A stretch of DNA of 64,000 bases from Negaprion brevirostris (lineage: Eukaryota): the NCBI GenBank assembly GCA_030324005.1, contig JARDVH010000059.1, positions 64,284,390 to 64,348,389 on the forward strand, written 5' to 3'. Shown here one piece after another: positions 49,263 to 61,710 of this stretch. How positions within the stretch are numbered: position 1 is the stretch's first letter; each line of letters starts with the position of its first letter. Below the pieces are notes generated by a model. That model ran no database searches, was not told where the DNA came from, and worked only from the letters and a program-made list of their open reading frames with translations. Made by a program: the position numbers and the translations under genes.

Positions 49263-51399
49263 TTTAGGTCAAAATAAAACAATTATCTTTTTAAAAGCGA
49301 TGAATTGGAAATGGATTAAGAACAACAGTTTTAAATGAACCTAAGGGCCACATCTTCCAGTCAGTGGCAATGCTAGAGTGACTAAAAAAAATTGCAACCT
49401 TACCTTTCTCTGTCTTTGCAGTCAGACCTTCCAGTCCTGACTGCATTAGCAATCTATGGGTGTGGCCATCATGGTGAGCATGGTGAAGAGGAGCAGGGGC
49501 GAGGACATGCCCCCTCTTTAAACATAACAAGTATTGGTGTTCAGATAAATGTTTAAAAGGTCTTCAGGATTTGGATGGTGTGACACAGTGCAGAAGGTGT
49601 GGACTTGGGTAGCTGGGGGTAAGGGGGTTGTTAGGGGCATGGGTAATTGAATCGGGGGGCATTCAAAATAGTGGATAGTTGATTTGGGTGGGGAGAGGAT
49701 GAGTTCTTTAAGTCCCTCATTTCAGTTTACCTTTATGATAAATACTTCAGTCCCCTTTTTTAAATGGACCATTGTATACCCATCGGTCTTCGGATCAGTG
49801 ATCTCTGGTTAGAATAATCCCAACCAAGTGATTGTTAACAAATTCCTAGTTTAGCTTTAAAGCAATAGAAAGGAGGAGGTTTTATCTTTCAAAGATTCTG
49901 CTAATGTCATTTTTCCTTGGAACAATTACTCTCATTGTGAAGAATGGAAATACCAGAAAGGAGACCTTTACCAAGAGAATTGTGTGCATGATGTCATGTT
50001 TGGTAATTTTAAAAATTGACTATTCCCACAAATGGCCATTGTTGTTAATGTAATCATTACTGTTCTGGTAACCACCACACAGGATAAATTTATGATGCTG
50101 TCAAATAATGCGCATATGCGTCAGGAATTATGTTCGCAGTAGGTTAGATCAGCTAGCTGTCCATAGACAGCTAAATGCCAAGACAGAAGAATTTTAAATG
50201 GATATAATGACCAGTTTAAATTCATGGTGGTTTGACAATTCGCTTAATATCTATTACAGTATGGGTTTCTCAATGAGACAGATTGAAGTTAGTCAAGTCT
50301 CTATTAATATGTTGTATGGGTAACAGAAACAAATTCAGACAGGCAGAGGTATTGGAGAGAGAGCAACAGCAGCAGCAGCAATAGTCACGATGAAAATCAG
50401 CAGAGCTGTTTAGTGAAGACATCGCAATCAGCCAAATACATCTTGGGAGTCAAATAGCTTTGGCAAGATCTGGTTACTTATCACTGTAACAAGAAAACTA
50501 GGAAATTTGTCAACTGAGATGATCTAATCATTAAAATAGCTTCAAAAATATAGTAATAAAAAGGCTTCAGGTTTATAAGATGTTAAATAATGTTCTGAGG
50601 CAGAAATGTGTTCGTAAATTTTCTCACTATGCGCATTGGACATTGTATCATTTCTGAATTTGTCTCTATCACAGGATTAGTTGGCAAATCTTTTACGAGT
50701 AAAGATTTCCTTTTTATTTTTTGTTGATTACGTTTTAGCAAGTTAAACAAATAGACTGGTTTTGGTTTATGAAAAATGGGTGGTTGGAAACTATGAAGGA
50801 AGTTGATAGTAACATACCTCAAAGATGTCTTAAAAAGCTTCAAGGCAGCATAGAAGTTCCAGATGTCAAAGTAATAATAGCAGTGACAGTTATTTGCAGA
50901 AACATCAAAACAATGAATTTTGGGATAGTTGATGTGTTTTTGTTGCTTTATCAAATGTTGGAGGGAAAGTTTTAGTAGTCTGCGGTTGTTTGTTCACTCA
51001 TCCATATTTTACAAACTAAGCCAGTTCCTTAATGTGTCACTGACCTGAACTTAACAATGTTCGTCTCATCTATTGAAAGATTGGAGAAGGGCACGTGGGG
51101 GTGCATGTGAATTTACCATAGCCAATTTATATTTCAAGAGGCATTATTACAGCCCCTAAGTAATACTAATGCATATATTAAATAATGCTAGTTAATTCTG
51201 GGATCTAAAAGCCATGCAGACCAGTTGTAGAGATAACTTGCTCCACTGAAGCTAGGAGAATATCTACAGCAGATGTATAGTGTCAGTGTCAGGTATGTCC
51301 CCCTGCCCTTCCTCAGTTGAATAACAGGTGAGAGCCCACGTCACTTCTGTGGGAGAATGCCCAGTGTGATTTTGTCCTTCCACACATTCAAATCCCCAG

Positions 51400-51760
51400 T
51401 GGGGTGAAAATTCTACTCCCGAGACCTGCCAGCCTACCAGAGATTGGCAGCTCTGCATTGCCAGCAGCTCCTGTGGGTGCAATGGGCGCTGCCAGTAATA
51501 TAATGAGGCCTGGTTGCTGGATCCCTGGACACAGTAAATGGGACAGGATGGGGTTGTGGGGAGTGGTGTTAGGGGTTGTTGGAGGCAAGAGCAGGGGTGT
51601 GGCTTTCAGCTGTTCCCACTAATGCCAGGTCCCTCAAACAGCTTCTAAGTGCCTGACAATGAGACAAGGATGCAAGCAAACCCAACATGGATTGCTTACA
51701 GGAGGCACAGGCGAGCAGTACAAGTCCTATTAAAAACCGGAACTAGGACTAAATTCTGCT
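51400..51760. mobile_element. Probable non-autonomous Harbinger-type element
   Basis: GC-rich insert with ends ggggtgaaaattctactcc and ggactaaattctgct, which form imperfect inverted repeats. Confidence 0.35.
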
Positions 51761-53389
51761 GGGCTCAGGGATGATTACTCTCAGGTGGCTCAATAATGAG
51801 TCTACCTGACATCCCATAGCTGTTGGGGTGGTTTCCCACATTGGGCACTTCCCATTTCCAAATACACAGGGAATCCAATGACATCTATCTAATTCTTTTG
51901 GACCACCTGCCATCATGCCTGTTTGTGACACGTTATCACATCCTCAAGATGTTCCACTGCATGGCATATCAAAGGCAGTCGTCATTTGAATATGAAGAAT
52001 GGGCAAAGGTCTACTGATTAATGTTTTATCTGACTAATGGAGGTCATCACCGGCAAGCATCATAGACTGTCCTCTCCAATGGGGACCTGATGTAAAGCAG
52101 CTCGTGGGTGGTCAGGGTGGAGACAGAGCCAGGGCAGTGCCCCTTGGCCAGTGCCAGCCTGGTACCCTGGCACTGCCCATCAGGGGCCAGGCTTGACAGG
52201 GCAGGATTTTGACAGGGGCAGACCCANNNNNNNNNNNNNNNNNNNNNNNNNNNNNNNNNNNNNNNNNNNNNNNNNNNNNNNNNNNNNNNNNNNNNNNNNN
52301 NNNNNNNNNNNNNNNNNNNNNGGAGGGGGGTAGGTTGGTCTGCCAGTCAAGAGGCTGATGATTGGGGGTGGGGACACAAGGTTGACAGATCTTCCAGAAT
52401 ACTGTATACACATATAATAGTGCCCCTATCAGTCTGCAGCCAACTTCCCAGTGTAAATAGGCTCCCCTATTGGCAGGAATCAGATTATGGCCTCTGTATT
52501 GCACAGGATGCCATACATTCGCATAACTTCACTAGAAAAATGGGTGAGTAAACCTTTTGTTTCCTCGCACATTTGCACTTAGCATTTTTCTGAGAAAATT
52601 CCACCCTAAATGTTGCACATACTTCCCATCAATACCATGATCACCAAGGATGCATCATAACAGATGATACACACCACCAGATATTTCCTTTCATTCTCCA
52701 ATCTCATTTTAAAGTAATCTTGTTTTTAAGCTCAGCTAAAAAGCAGTTATATCACCTTCTTGATGGCCCTTCCTCATAGTTTTATTTGGGGTGTTACTAG
52801 TTCAAAACCTACAATAAAGACACAGCAGGATTGTATCACACAACATAGTAACATAGCTAAACATATGCATTCATGTGTACATTAAGGTCTAAACAGAAAG
52901 CTGTGTTCATGAGTAGATTGCAATTATCTAAGAGCATTTGGGTAATAATTGCAGCCTTACAGATATTCTCTTTCAACTACATTTTCAGGCTTTTTAAATT
53001 TTAAGATATAACTACAGAACTCAATAAAAAATGTAAGTGAATGCAAGTGATTCTTTCACATAAAATGTATTTCTTAACCATATGTTAGTCTCTTCACAGT
53101 TGGGAGCCAGTAGCATTGCTGTTCCAGAGACAGTATAAGGCAGAGCATAATACAAATTTTATTTTCTTATATCAACATAATAGTACATCAAAATACAAAA
53201 CACTGTGTAATGGATTGTGGATTGACAGTCTTTTCCTGCAGTTTAGTAACTGCAATATTTTACAAGAATATTTGAAAAATTAATAAAATGCAAAGTAATA
53301 TATTTCAGTTTTGTCATGATTAAATATACCCATCATGCTCACACCAAAATTTGTGTTCACACCAAAATTAACATGCAAGGAGATTTTAA

Positions 53390-56300
53390 TGATAGAATCC
53401 CTTCATGACACAGCACACGAGATGGTAATTTGATCCACCTTGACTGTGCTGACTTCTGAAACTACCCAATTAATCCTAATCCCCTGCTCTTTGTCTATAG
53501 CCCTGCAATTTTTCATTTTTTTAATCCAATTTCCTTGCAAACCGTGTTGTTAAATTCATTTCTGCCATCCTTTCAGGCATTGCATTTCAGGTAATGCAGG
53601 AGAAGCAGGGTTAACATGGGATTGAATAGAGTACCGTCCACACAGTGTGGAAGAAGGCAGATGGCCCAGACCCAGGGTCAGTACGTGCTGTTGAGCAAAG
53701 ATGGATATAGACCTAAGCATGGGGACAGCTCCCAGCTTGTACTTTTTGCTATACATGTACAAAAAGTTCTAGTTGTTTAAGACTTACAGTTAACCTATAT
53801 AAGACTATGGAGACTTTTTTTTAAAGAAATACCAATCAGTAACCAACACCCTCCCAACATGATGGCAGCAGGCAGATAAAAACCCAGAACCTCGCTCAAA
53901 TGCAGAAACAAACTGAAAATACAGGAAGACTGAGAAAAGTTCAATGGAGCATTCTGACTAGAAAGAAGCTTCCGAAGAAGCAGATGTGCAGAGCGAAAAT
54001 TGCCAGACAAAGCTTCAAAGAAAGACTCCTGTCTTCGGCTTCCAAACCTAACATTCCTGAGCTACAACAGAAAAATCTTCACATTGCAGTCGACTCAAAG
54101 GTGGGTTAAATCTTTCAAAATTCCAGGCTGCAGCACATCTCAAGAGCTCCTCAAGTAACTCAGTGCAGAAGTACCATTTGAAACAAACCTGTACTAAAAC
54201 CCATTTCCTGAATCAGAGTCTGGAAACGTGGCTTCCAACCAATGAAAAAAATACAAATTAATTATGCTGGGAATGTTGTGATTGCCCAGCTCAGTAACAA
54301 ACAAACAGATGCTCCAATTCGACTGATTCAACAGTTTACAAAGTAAACAGCAGAACCAAAGAAGTCAGCAGGCAGCTGATCCAGACAACCATTGTTAAAA
54401 ATGTTTTTCAAGAAGAGTGCTGTTAGCATTAGATTCCACCAAAAGTGGCAAGCGCAGCAAATGTCATTATTGTCGAGTGATCAGCAGTACTGTCTTGCAG
54501 TATGGACAGCTTTAAAGCTGCACATTCCCTTTTAAAATTTTTTAACTTGGATCATAATTCCACACTCCAAGTCAATTCAGACTAATCCAAGGCGCAGACA
54601 AATCACAAGCTGTTTTACTTGATAGGCCCAATTGCAGAAAAGATAAAGAATTAGCAAATTACCTGCAAAATTTAAAGAGGTATTAAAATCATTTGACATT
54701 TATTTTAATATAAGAATCAATAACATACCTCAAAGAGCTAAATTTTATAAGAGAGTCCAATTGCCAGAGTAAGCAGTCGATTTGTTCATCATTGATCTGT
54801 ACCGGATGGCAAGACAATTATGAAAGTGCAGATTTGAAGTCTTAATTAATAGGGTAGAAGTAAAAGTTGATGTGCTCTTTGACCTCCTACAAGCAAAGAA
54901 GGATCTAACACTGGAAAAGACAATCCAGATAGTTAGAGAGTCAGAACTTAGTGAGTAGGACAGAACAATATTCAGGGGAAAAGATAAAACATGATGCGGA
55001 GACCAACACTCAGTCCAGCTTGCTAGGCCACAGGGACATTCCAAGCCAGGGAAAACAATTGCTGGACCAACCTGCAGAGCAACCATGTCAATTGCTGAGG
55101 AATGAAGATCCCCACAGGCTAGATCAATGCCCAGCAATGCTTCCAGTGCAACATGATTGGATACTATGGCAAACTATGCAAGGCAAGAACTCTGGAATGC
55201 ATGCAAGGTCAAAAGATTGCCACAAGGTCAAGACCGCAAGCCTAGATTCACACAGCCATGCTTCCTGGGTGAAGTCAAAGATCTTGGTTTCTCATTTTGG
55301 AATGCGGACATTTCAGTCAATGATCATTTAAACAAAATTTAAATTAAATAAAGGAGCTAATATGATAATCTTATCAGACAAAGAACCAAAGATGCCTGGC
55401 TTCAAATAGCAGACACACCATTCTACAGGACCAGAGGAATCCAACCTCCAGATACTGATATAATTGGAACCATTGAGGTAGGGCAGGAAACAGATCTTCA
55501 AGCTGACATATATCCTCCATAACCAGTCTGTCTCCTGCAGAGATGCCTGCATAGCATTCAACTTCCTCAAGACGGCAGATGATATCAAGGCAATCACTCT
55601 CATTAACCAAACAGAACTGCAAACTTCTGAGTAATCAAACAAAGGGTATCCTGACTGCGACTTCAGCTCTGAACTGTCTTCTGTCTTTGCTGAGCAAGTT
55701 GCTCATTCTCATTACAGATCCCAGTTAACCCTCAATAATCAGACCAGCCAACAACAACAGAACATAAGCAAAACTCCTCCAGTGGAAGAGGCCCCAACAA
55801 CAGTACAGCAGGTCAACCACCCTGCAAACAATGTAACTCCTAGTTGGCATGCCAAAGCCTCAAGACATAATGGAACCTGGTAGCAGCTGTCTGTGGCCGA
55901 CATTGAAAAGCAGTAATGGACATACCACTAAGTCTCAGCCACATAAATAACCAATATTATGATGGAAGAGTAAAAAGAAACGACAAGGATCTAAACAAAA
56001 TATTCATCCACCACACAAGAAACAGGATCAAATAGCAGCAACCGTCCATCAAAGCAACAGCCAGGCAAACCAAATACAGTTCAACATGAGAGAATGGAAG
56101 AAAAGAATGAAAGCATACTCAGATGCCAATTCAATCTCCAAGTCAATAGCAATGACAGAGCCTACCATTCCTCCAACAGAACTGAGATATGGAAGGCTTA
56201 TAAGGCCTTTAGACACCTGAATATTTAAATTCAAGGACTTGACGTGAGGGGACAATGTAGTAACAGCAATATAAATGTATGGAACTGATAACAATGTAAG

Positions 56301-56900
56301 ACATGAAGCAAACTAGCATAACTACATTGGATAAACACTTGGGGTGGAAGGAGCATTTGGGTTAATGTGGGACTATGTACAATAGCGTTCACACAATAAT
56401 CTGAGAAGACACATGACTGAGAGTCATGATCAATGTGGTATTAATCAGAGATGTGTATTGATATAAATATAAAGGAAGCTCCAAGCTTGTACTCTTTATC
56501 GTAGGTGTAAATAGTTCTAGTAGTTAATAAAGGCTTACAGTTAACATATAGAAGACAATGGAGACTTTGAAGACATATCAATCTGTAACCAACACCATCC
56601 CAACAGTAACAAGTTATTGCAAAAAATATCTTGCTCATGTTGTTTCTGGTTCTTTTGCCAATCACTTTAAATCTACATCCTTCTAAATTACTCTTTCAAA
56701 ACCATTTACGATTTTGAAAACCTTCGTCAGAGTGCTTCAACCTTCTCTGCTCTATGGACAACATCTAGTTTCTCCATTTTCTCTATCTGATTGCGGTCTC
56801 TCATCCTTGGTATCATTCACGTGACTCTTCAGTATTCTCTTTTGTTAAGGTATAGATATTGTTCCTGAAGTCTGGTGACTAGAATTTGATATATTAGTGT
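53390..56900 (-). mobile_element. CR1 3' end split by the Gypsy-like insertion (pieces about 53390-53594 and 56606-56900)
   Basis: catcctttcaggcattgcatttcag|...|gtaacaagttattgcaaaaaatatcttgctcatgttgtttctggttcttttgccaatcac joins into continuous antisense CR1 sequence. Confidence 0.65.
53595..56605 (+). mobile_element. Gypsy-like LTR retrotransposon, internally deleted (LTRs 53595-53859 and about 56345-56605, GTAA TSD)
   Basis: TG...CA termini with GTAA at 53591-53594 and 56606-56609. Both LTRs end gtaaccaacacc.tcccaaca. PBS-like tggcagcag; gag motif DLLQAKKDLTLEKTIQIVRESE (54881); protease-like WNADISVND..FKLNKGA (55298); C-terminal LRYGRLIRP. Confidence 0.85.
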
Positions 56901-56929
56901 TTCAAAAAGGTTTCACGTAAAGTTGTAAA

Positions 56930-58550
56930 ACGTTTAGTTGTGTAGTGCCTGTATTTTCAGGGCTGCAGTGCAGTTTTTGGTCCAAACTGGTGTCATAGTG
57001 CAGGCTATGTTAGGTACCATAATAGATAAGTTGCTAGCGCATGTGCTGAGAGTGTGCACAAGAAATCTGCAGAGTAGTCAGATCATGCCTTGGCCAGTGT
57101 GCAGTGCTCACCTAACTTTATTAGTGCTTTAATGTGCCAACTAATTTTTTTAAATCTCACACAGCTACACGTGCATTCAGAAGCAAGAAATAGACCACAG
57201 CCCCATCCCAATGCCCACGAAAGTTATGAAAAGGAATTGCCAACCATTTTCAAATTAGTTGCTGAGTTAGTAGGAGTCTTTGGTGGTAATGTTACTTGAA
57301 ATTCACAATGGCTGGGATGGTACATGACAAAGGCTTTGTTCTCAGAGGTTTCTGCTCACACCGCTTGTCTTGATCTTTGCTCCTGCAGTTTCTAATCATC
57401 TTCACGTGCAGCATGATAAGGAGAATGAGAACACAGAGGAGGGCAAGTTACTGGCAGAGGGAGGTGAAAGAGCCAGTGGAGGAACTCTCAGCAGCAGGGC
57501 ATATCCAGCCTGCATCCTCAGAAGCTCAACCTCAGTGAGCCAGACTCTCATTACGAAGGCATGTAGCTCAAGTTGGGAAATTCCCCCAACAGGGAAGACC
57601 TAATCCATCAAACCTAATATTTGCACTGGAATGTGAGAGGTGCTGCTGCGCAGGAGAGAATCAGGTTCACCGTCCCTGCAAATATATTGGCAGCATCCAT
57701 GGGCTGGTTAAAAGTCCCATCTTGGTTCTCTGGGACTTTGTCCTGCTTTTTTAAAATTAAATCTTAAGCTTTTTAGCACTCACATCCAATCCACAACCCC
57801 TTGCCCCTTCATCCACTCCCCATGCCACTTCTATGCTACTCTAGATCAAATCATGCCCCCCCACAGCCCTATGCCACCCTAATGCCAATTCATCCACCAC
57901 GCTTGGCGCTTACTTCCTGCATGTCAAGTCACCCAGTACTCCTCACAACCAGACCTCAGAAATCATGTTGAGAAGAAATAAAGTAAAGGTCCACAATTAT
58001 AATACATCACAACAATAAAATCCCATTAATGAAAGCCCACTAAAACCTTTTAAAACTCAAATGGTTTAACTCTCATGGAAGGAAACTTCTGTTCATTGCT
58101 CCACATCAAAAATAGCTAATCCTTTAATCAACTATTTGAGCCGTCAATCAAACTATGAACTTAGAAGTTATAGCTTGTGAAAATCAGCCAGGAATTCATA
58201 AAGAAGTTGCTTGTCTCCTTTCTATTTTTAAAAGGTTTGGACATTTAAATAAGTTCACATTATGACAGGTTCACAGGCCTTATCCACCTTTCACAAACTG
58301 TCAGGTCTATTCCACAATTCTGTGACTCCCACATTGAAGGCTAAGGCCCTTGCTATAGTAAATCATGGGATGTGTTTGAATTCAGTACTGAGTTTAAATG
58401 GCCCAGATCAGTTCAGATGTCCCTCATGTCTGAAGCACGACACCCACTAGGAACTGTCCAAGTTAATTGTGTCTCCAGTTCCCCATGCCCATTTTTAGAA
58501 CTAAGAGTCTCTACAGGACTTCCAATGGATGGAAAGTCATCTCAGCCCAG
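56930..58550. mobile_element. Decayed Harbinger-related sequence
   Basis: Acidic-then-RAYPACILR segment (57400-57560) resembles a Harbinger transposase N-terminus; C-rich subterminal tract; ends in ..cagccc. Confidence 0.35.
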
Positions 58551-58698
58551 TACTACCATTTTCAACCAGCTCAATCCCTTATAAATGTTTGTGCTGAATG
58601 AAAATCCATATCGGTGATATTGATAAAATCTATACTATCTCAAGTGAGTGTGATGAAGCATTAGGTAAGATATCCCAGAAGTCACACATTGCTTGGAA

Positions 58699-58704
58699 TT
58701 TATT
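58699..58704 (-). terminator. Candidate cyp7b1 polyadenylation signal
   Basis: TTTATT on + equals AATAAA on -, about 250 nt past the stop codon. Confidence 0.4.
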
Positions 58705-58953
58705 AGGAATCTTACATTAATGTAAACACAAAGAAAAATGAAACAGTACTTGCAAGGAAAAGTTGCTTTCTTTTTCTACTCAAAGGTAGAAAATAACACA
58801 CCCTATGCTAGATAGAATTTCCAAGATTTGAGTTTGTGAAAGTCAGCAAGCATCATTCCTCATCTGTCAGTATAAGAATGCAAATGCAACACTATTTTTG
58901 ACTCACCAATATATAACCTTCCCAGTTCAAAAACAACATTTTAGCATGTTTTT

Positions 58954-59244
58954 TCACTGATGCAATTTATAACGGAACTGGACATCAGAATTTGGCAATA
59001 AGATGCCAAGTCCTGCACGGTCATTATTAAGTCCTACTGATTTTTCCCCTTCAATTAATTCCATGTCAAATGAAGTCAACATTATTGAGAGAAACGTTTT
59101 CATCTCACTGACTGCAAAGTATCTCCCAGGACACATACTGGATCCAGAACCAAAAGGCATCAAATAATACCGAAGCTTCTTTCCTCCTTTGTAAAAGGCA
59201 GTTTTCTCCATTCCATTTTCTACAAAACGGTTATACTTGTACAT
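58954..59244 (-). CDS. cyp7b1: CYP7-family P450 (oxysterol 7-alpha-hydroxylase), last coding exon
   Basis: Acceptor tatttccag|ATG in phase 0; heme motif MPFGSGSSMCPGR; C-terminus GILLPNSDVQFRYKLHQ* (TGA at 58956-58954); convergent synteny with bhlhe22. Confidence 0.9.
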   Translation of the reverse strand: MYKYNRFVENGMEKTAFYKGGKKLRYYLMPFGSGSSMCPGRYFAVSEMKTFLSIMLTSFDMELIEGEKSVGLNNDRAGLGILLPNSDVQFRYKLHQ

Positions 59245-61244
59245 CTGGAAATATATAAAAAATAAACATTAAAAAGAGTGTTCTTTCAATATAATGGTAA
59301 GAAACTGAAATTTGTCTTGAGCAATAATAGAAGACGGACTCCTCCCAATTTTCTTGTTCACCAAATTTTATACAGTCACTCATGGAAAATGCATGTGCAT
59401 AACTGTCAGGTAAGAAGAGCATTGGCCTTGGCTGTGGTGCCTTCCATAGCCAGATTTTCTGCCAATGCTTACTGGCTAGGCTTTCATGTGCAGAATGGCT
59501 AATTGAATGAAGTGCCAAAGAGTTGGCAACATTGCGATCACGAAGAGGGTCATGCAAAGCAAAAATGAGAAAATTGTACAATGATAAATAATACAAGATT
59601 GAACAAATTATTTTTGAATTGATAGCTATATGTGTGCAACTGTTGGATTGCACTTCAACACATTTGAAAATAAAATGTCAATTGTAGGTTTTATGAAACA
59701 ATTGCTTCTGTGGACCTTAACAGAGATGAAGCTGTTAAATTTATAACTCATAAGAAGGTTTGTCAGTTTCAAATATATTCATTAACCTGCATATGATAGC
59801 TGAAAAAGATATAGGTTGTTGTGAAATGTCGCCTCAACTGAGTAAGTGCCAGAAAAAGCGATGCTATTTCATTTGGGTTTGGAAAAGGCACTAAAAAGCT
59901 GGAGATTCAGATTAACTGTGAAAATTCAAATCTGCCTACCACAAAGTAGAACACAATCTGTTCTCCAACTCTCATTTTTACTTTCTCTCTTCTCTATTGA
60001 TTGCCAAATATTCTATTGAGCCACTGCAAAAACTTGGCACTCTAGAATTTAATTCAGTGTTCCTAGATATGTGAATAACTTTAGGTTTTGAATATTTAGG
60101 TTATTTTTGTCCAATGTGCTGAATTCTGTGATGTCTGTTCCAGGCAATCATTTGATAAGTTTTCTTGAACACTGTTCTTTAATGTAATGGCTGTGCAAAA
60201 CGGAGTTATAATTATAATGTACTTAAAATGAATAGCCAAAACAAACACAAAACTCAATGTTCTGCCTTAGTCACATTATCTTTACATTTTCAAAAAAAGA
60301 ACACTGCTTTTCAAAGGAATGTAAAAATTCAAATAGTCAGAAATTTAATCATTTTTGCAAAATGATTCAAATTGTTTTTTTTTAAACAAACTATTTTTGG
60401 GCACATAGTAGTGATATAGAACAAATCAAATAATGACAGTAGTCAAGCGTTAGTGGCCCTTCTGTAACCCCAAGTATAACCTGAACACAAGCTTTGCCAG
60501 GATCTGAAATTAAATATATTATGTACCACCTAAGTGGGAGAACAAAGATAAAACTTTAAATCTGGATGTGTGTTATAGATCTACTTTGAACATTAAATCA
60601 TTCCTAGTGTCTAAGACACTGGTCTAACAAGCAAAAGTAATAGGCCTGAAATTAGAATACAACATAGGAGTTGTTCATAGACTATTTAGATTCCTACAAA
60701 TTGCAGAAAAATATAAGGTTATATGGTACTGATGGACATTGCTATCCTCCAGGTCAACTATCATAAGTTGTGACTAAAACCTATTCCTGTCACTTAACAA
60801 AAAGATCGCTATCTGAAAAAGTAATCAACTCATTGGGTACATGACAGACATTGCTGGGGAAGAAATATATCTTCACATAATATATGTGAGCCAGAACAGT
60901 GGGTTTGTTTTGTACAAACATGGAGCATGAATTTATACAAAAATCGCTCAATGGGAAAATAAATTATATAGCTGTACATTCACTCCCAGTATCAGACATG
61001 TCAACTTTTTGCCATAAATACCTGTGAGTATTCTGAAACAGCAACCAAAAAATTGCTAAGTAAACGTTTGTTCACTCATGCTCCACAACTGATCAAAAAA
61101 CTTAGCAAGCCAAGATAAACTTGGACTAACAGTTCCTCAATGAAGTAAATCCAAACAAACTTCAGTAAGGCCATACACCACACTGAACCCCTGCAACCTC
61201 TAACAGATAAATAGAAACTAATGACCTTTCAAGAACTGTGGGAG

Positions 61245-61372
61245 GGAATTTTCCAGTCATTGATGCCGTTGGGATTCTCTGGTCCTGCTGCTGTGAATGG
61301 AGATTTGGCCGAGCGCCAAATTTTCCGTCCTGACTTGCAGCAGTGGCGGTGCATGAACGACTGGAAAATTCC
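61245..61372. mobile_element. MITE (Harbinger-type) in a cyp7b1 intron
   Basis: Perfect 14-bp inverted repeat ggaattttccagtc (61245-61258) / gactggaaaattcc (61359-61372), extending imperfectly inward. Confidence 0.75.
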
Positions 61373-61581
61373 AATCATAGTGTTAAATTTCCAGGTGTTC
61401 TGATTTGCTACAACATAGTGCTTTGAAATGGGTATCAAAGCAAGTTACCATCTTGCATTAAAAACTTATGTTTCCTTTTAGGTCTCAGCAGAAGTTGTAC
61501 ATACACCACACAAAATAATACCACACTAGACTTTGTTGCAAGTTGTGCTCATTTCTCAGGATGCAAATTTATATAACGTAT

Positions 61582-61710
61582 CCTATAGCAAACCTATAAA
61601 AACTGTCCTATCGCAAACCTATATAAACTGCGCTATCGCTAACCTATGTAAACTGCGCTATCGCTAACCTATATAAACTGCCCTACAGCAAACCTATACA
61701 AACTGCTCTA
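61582..61710. repeat. Minisatellite, about 5.2 units of 25 bp, intronic
   Basis: Unit approximately gctatcgctaacctatataaactgc, starting at 61582, 61607, 61632, 61657 and 61682. Confidence 0.95.

Noticed and set aside
58954-59244. ATG at 59244 as the start of a 96-aa protein
   Set aside because: It is the first codon after a splice acceptor in the terminal P450 exon.
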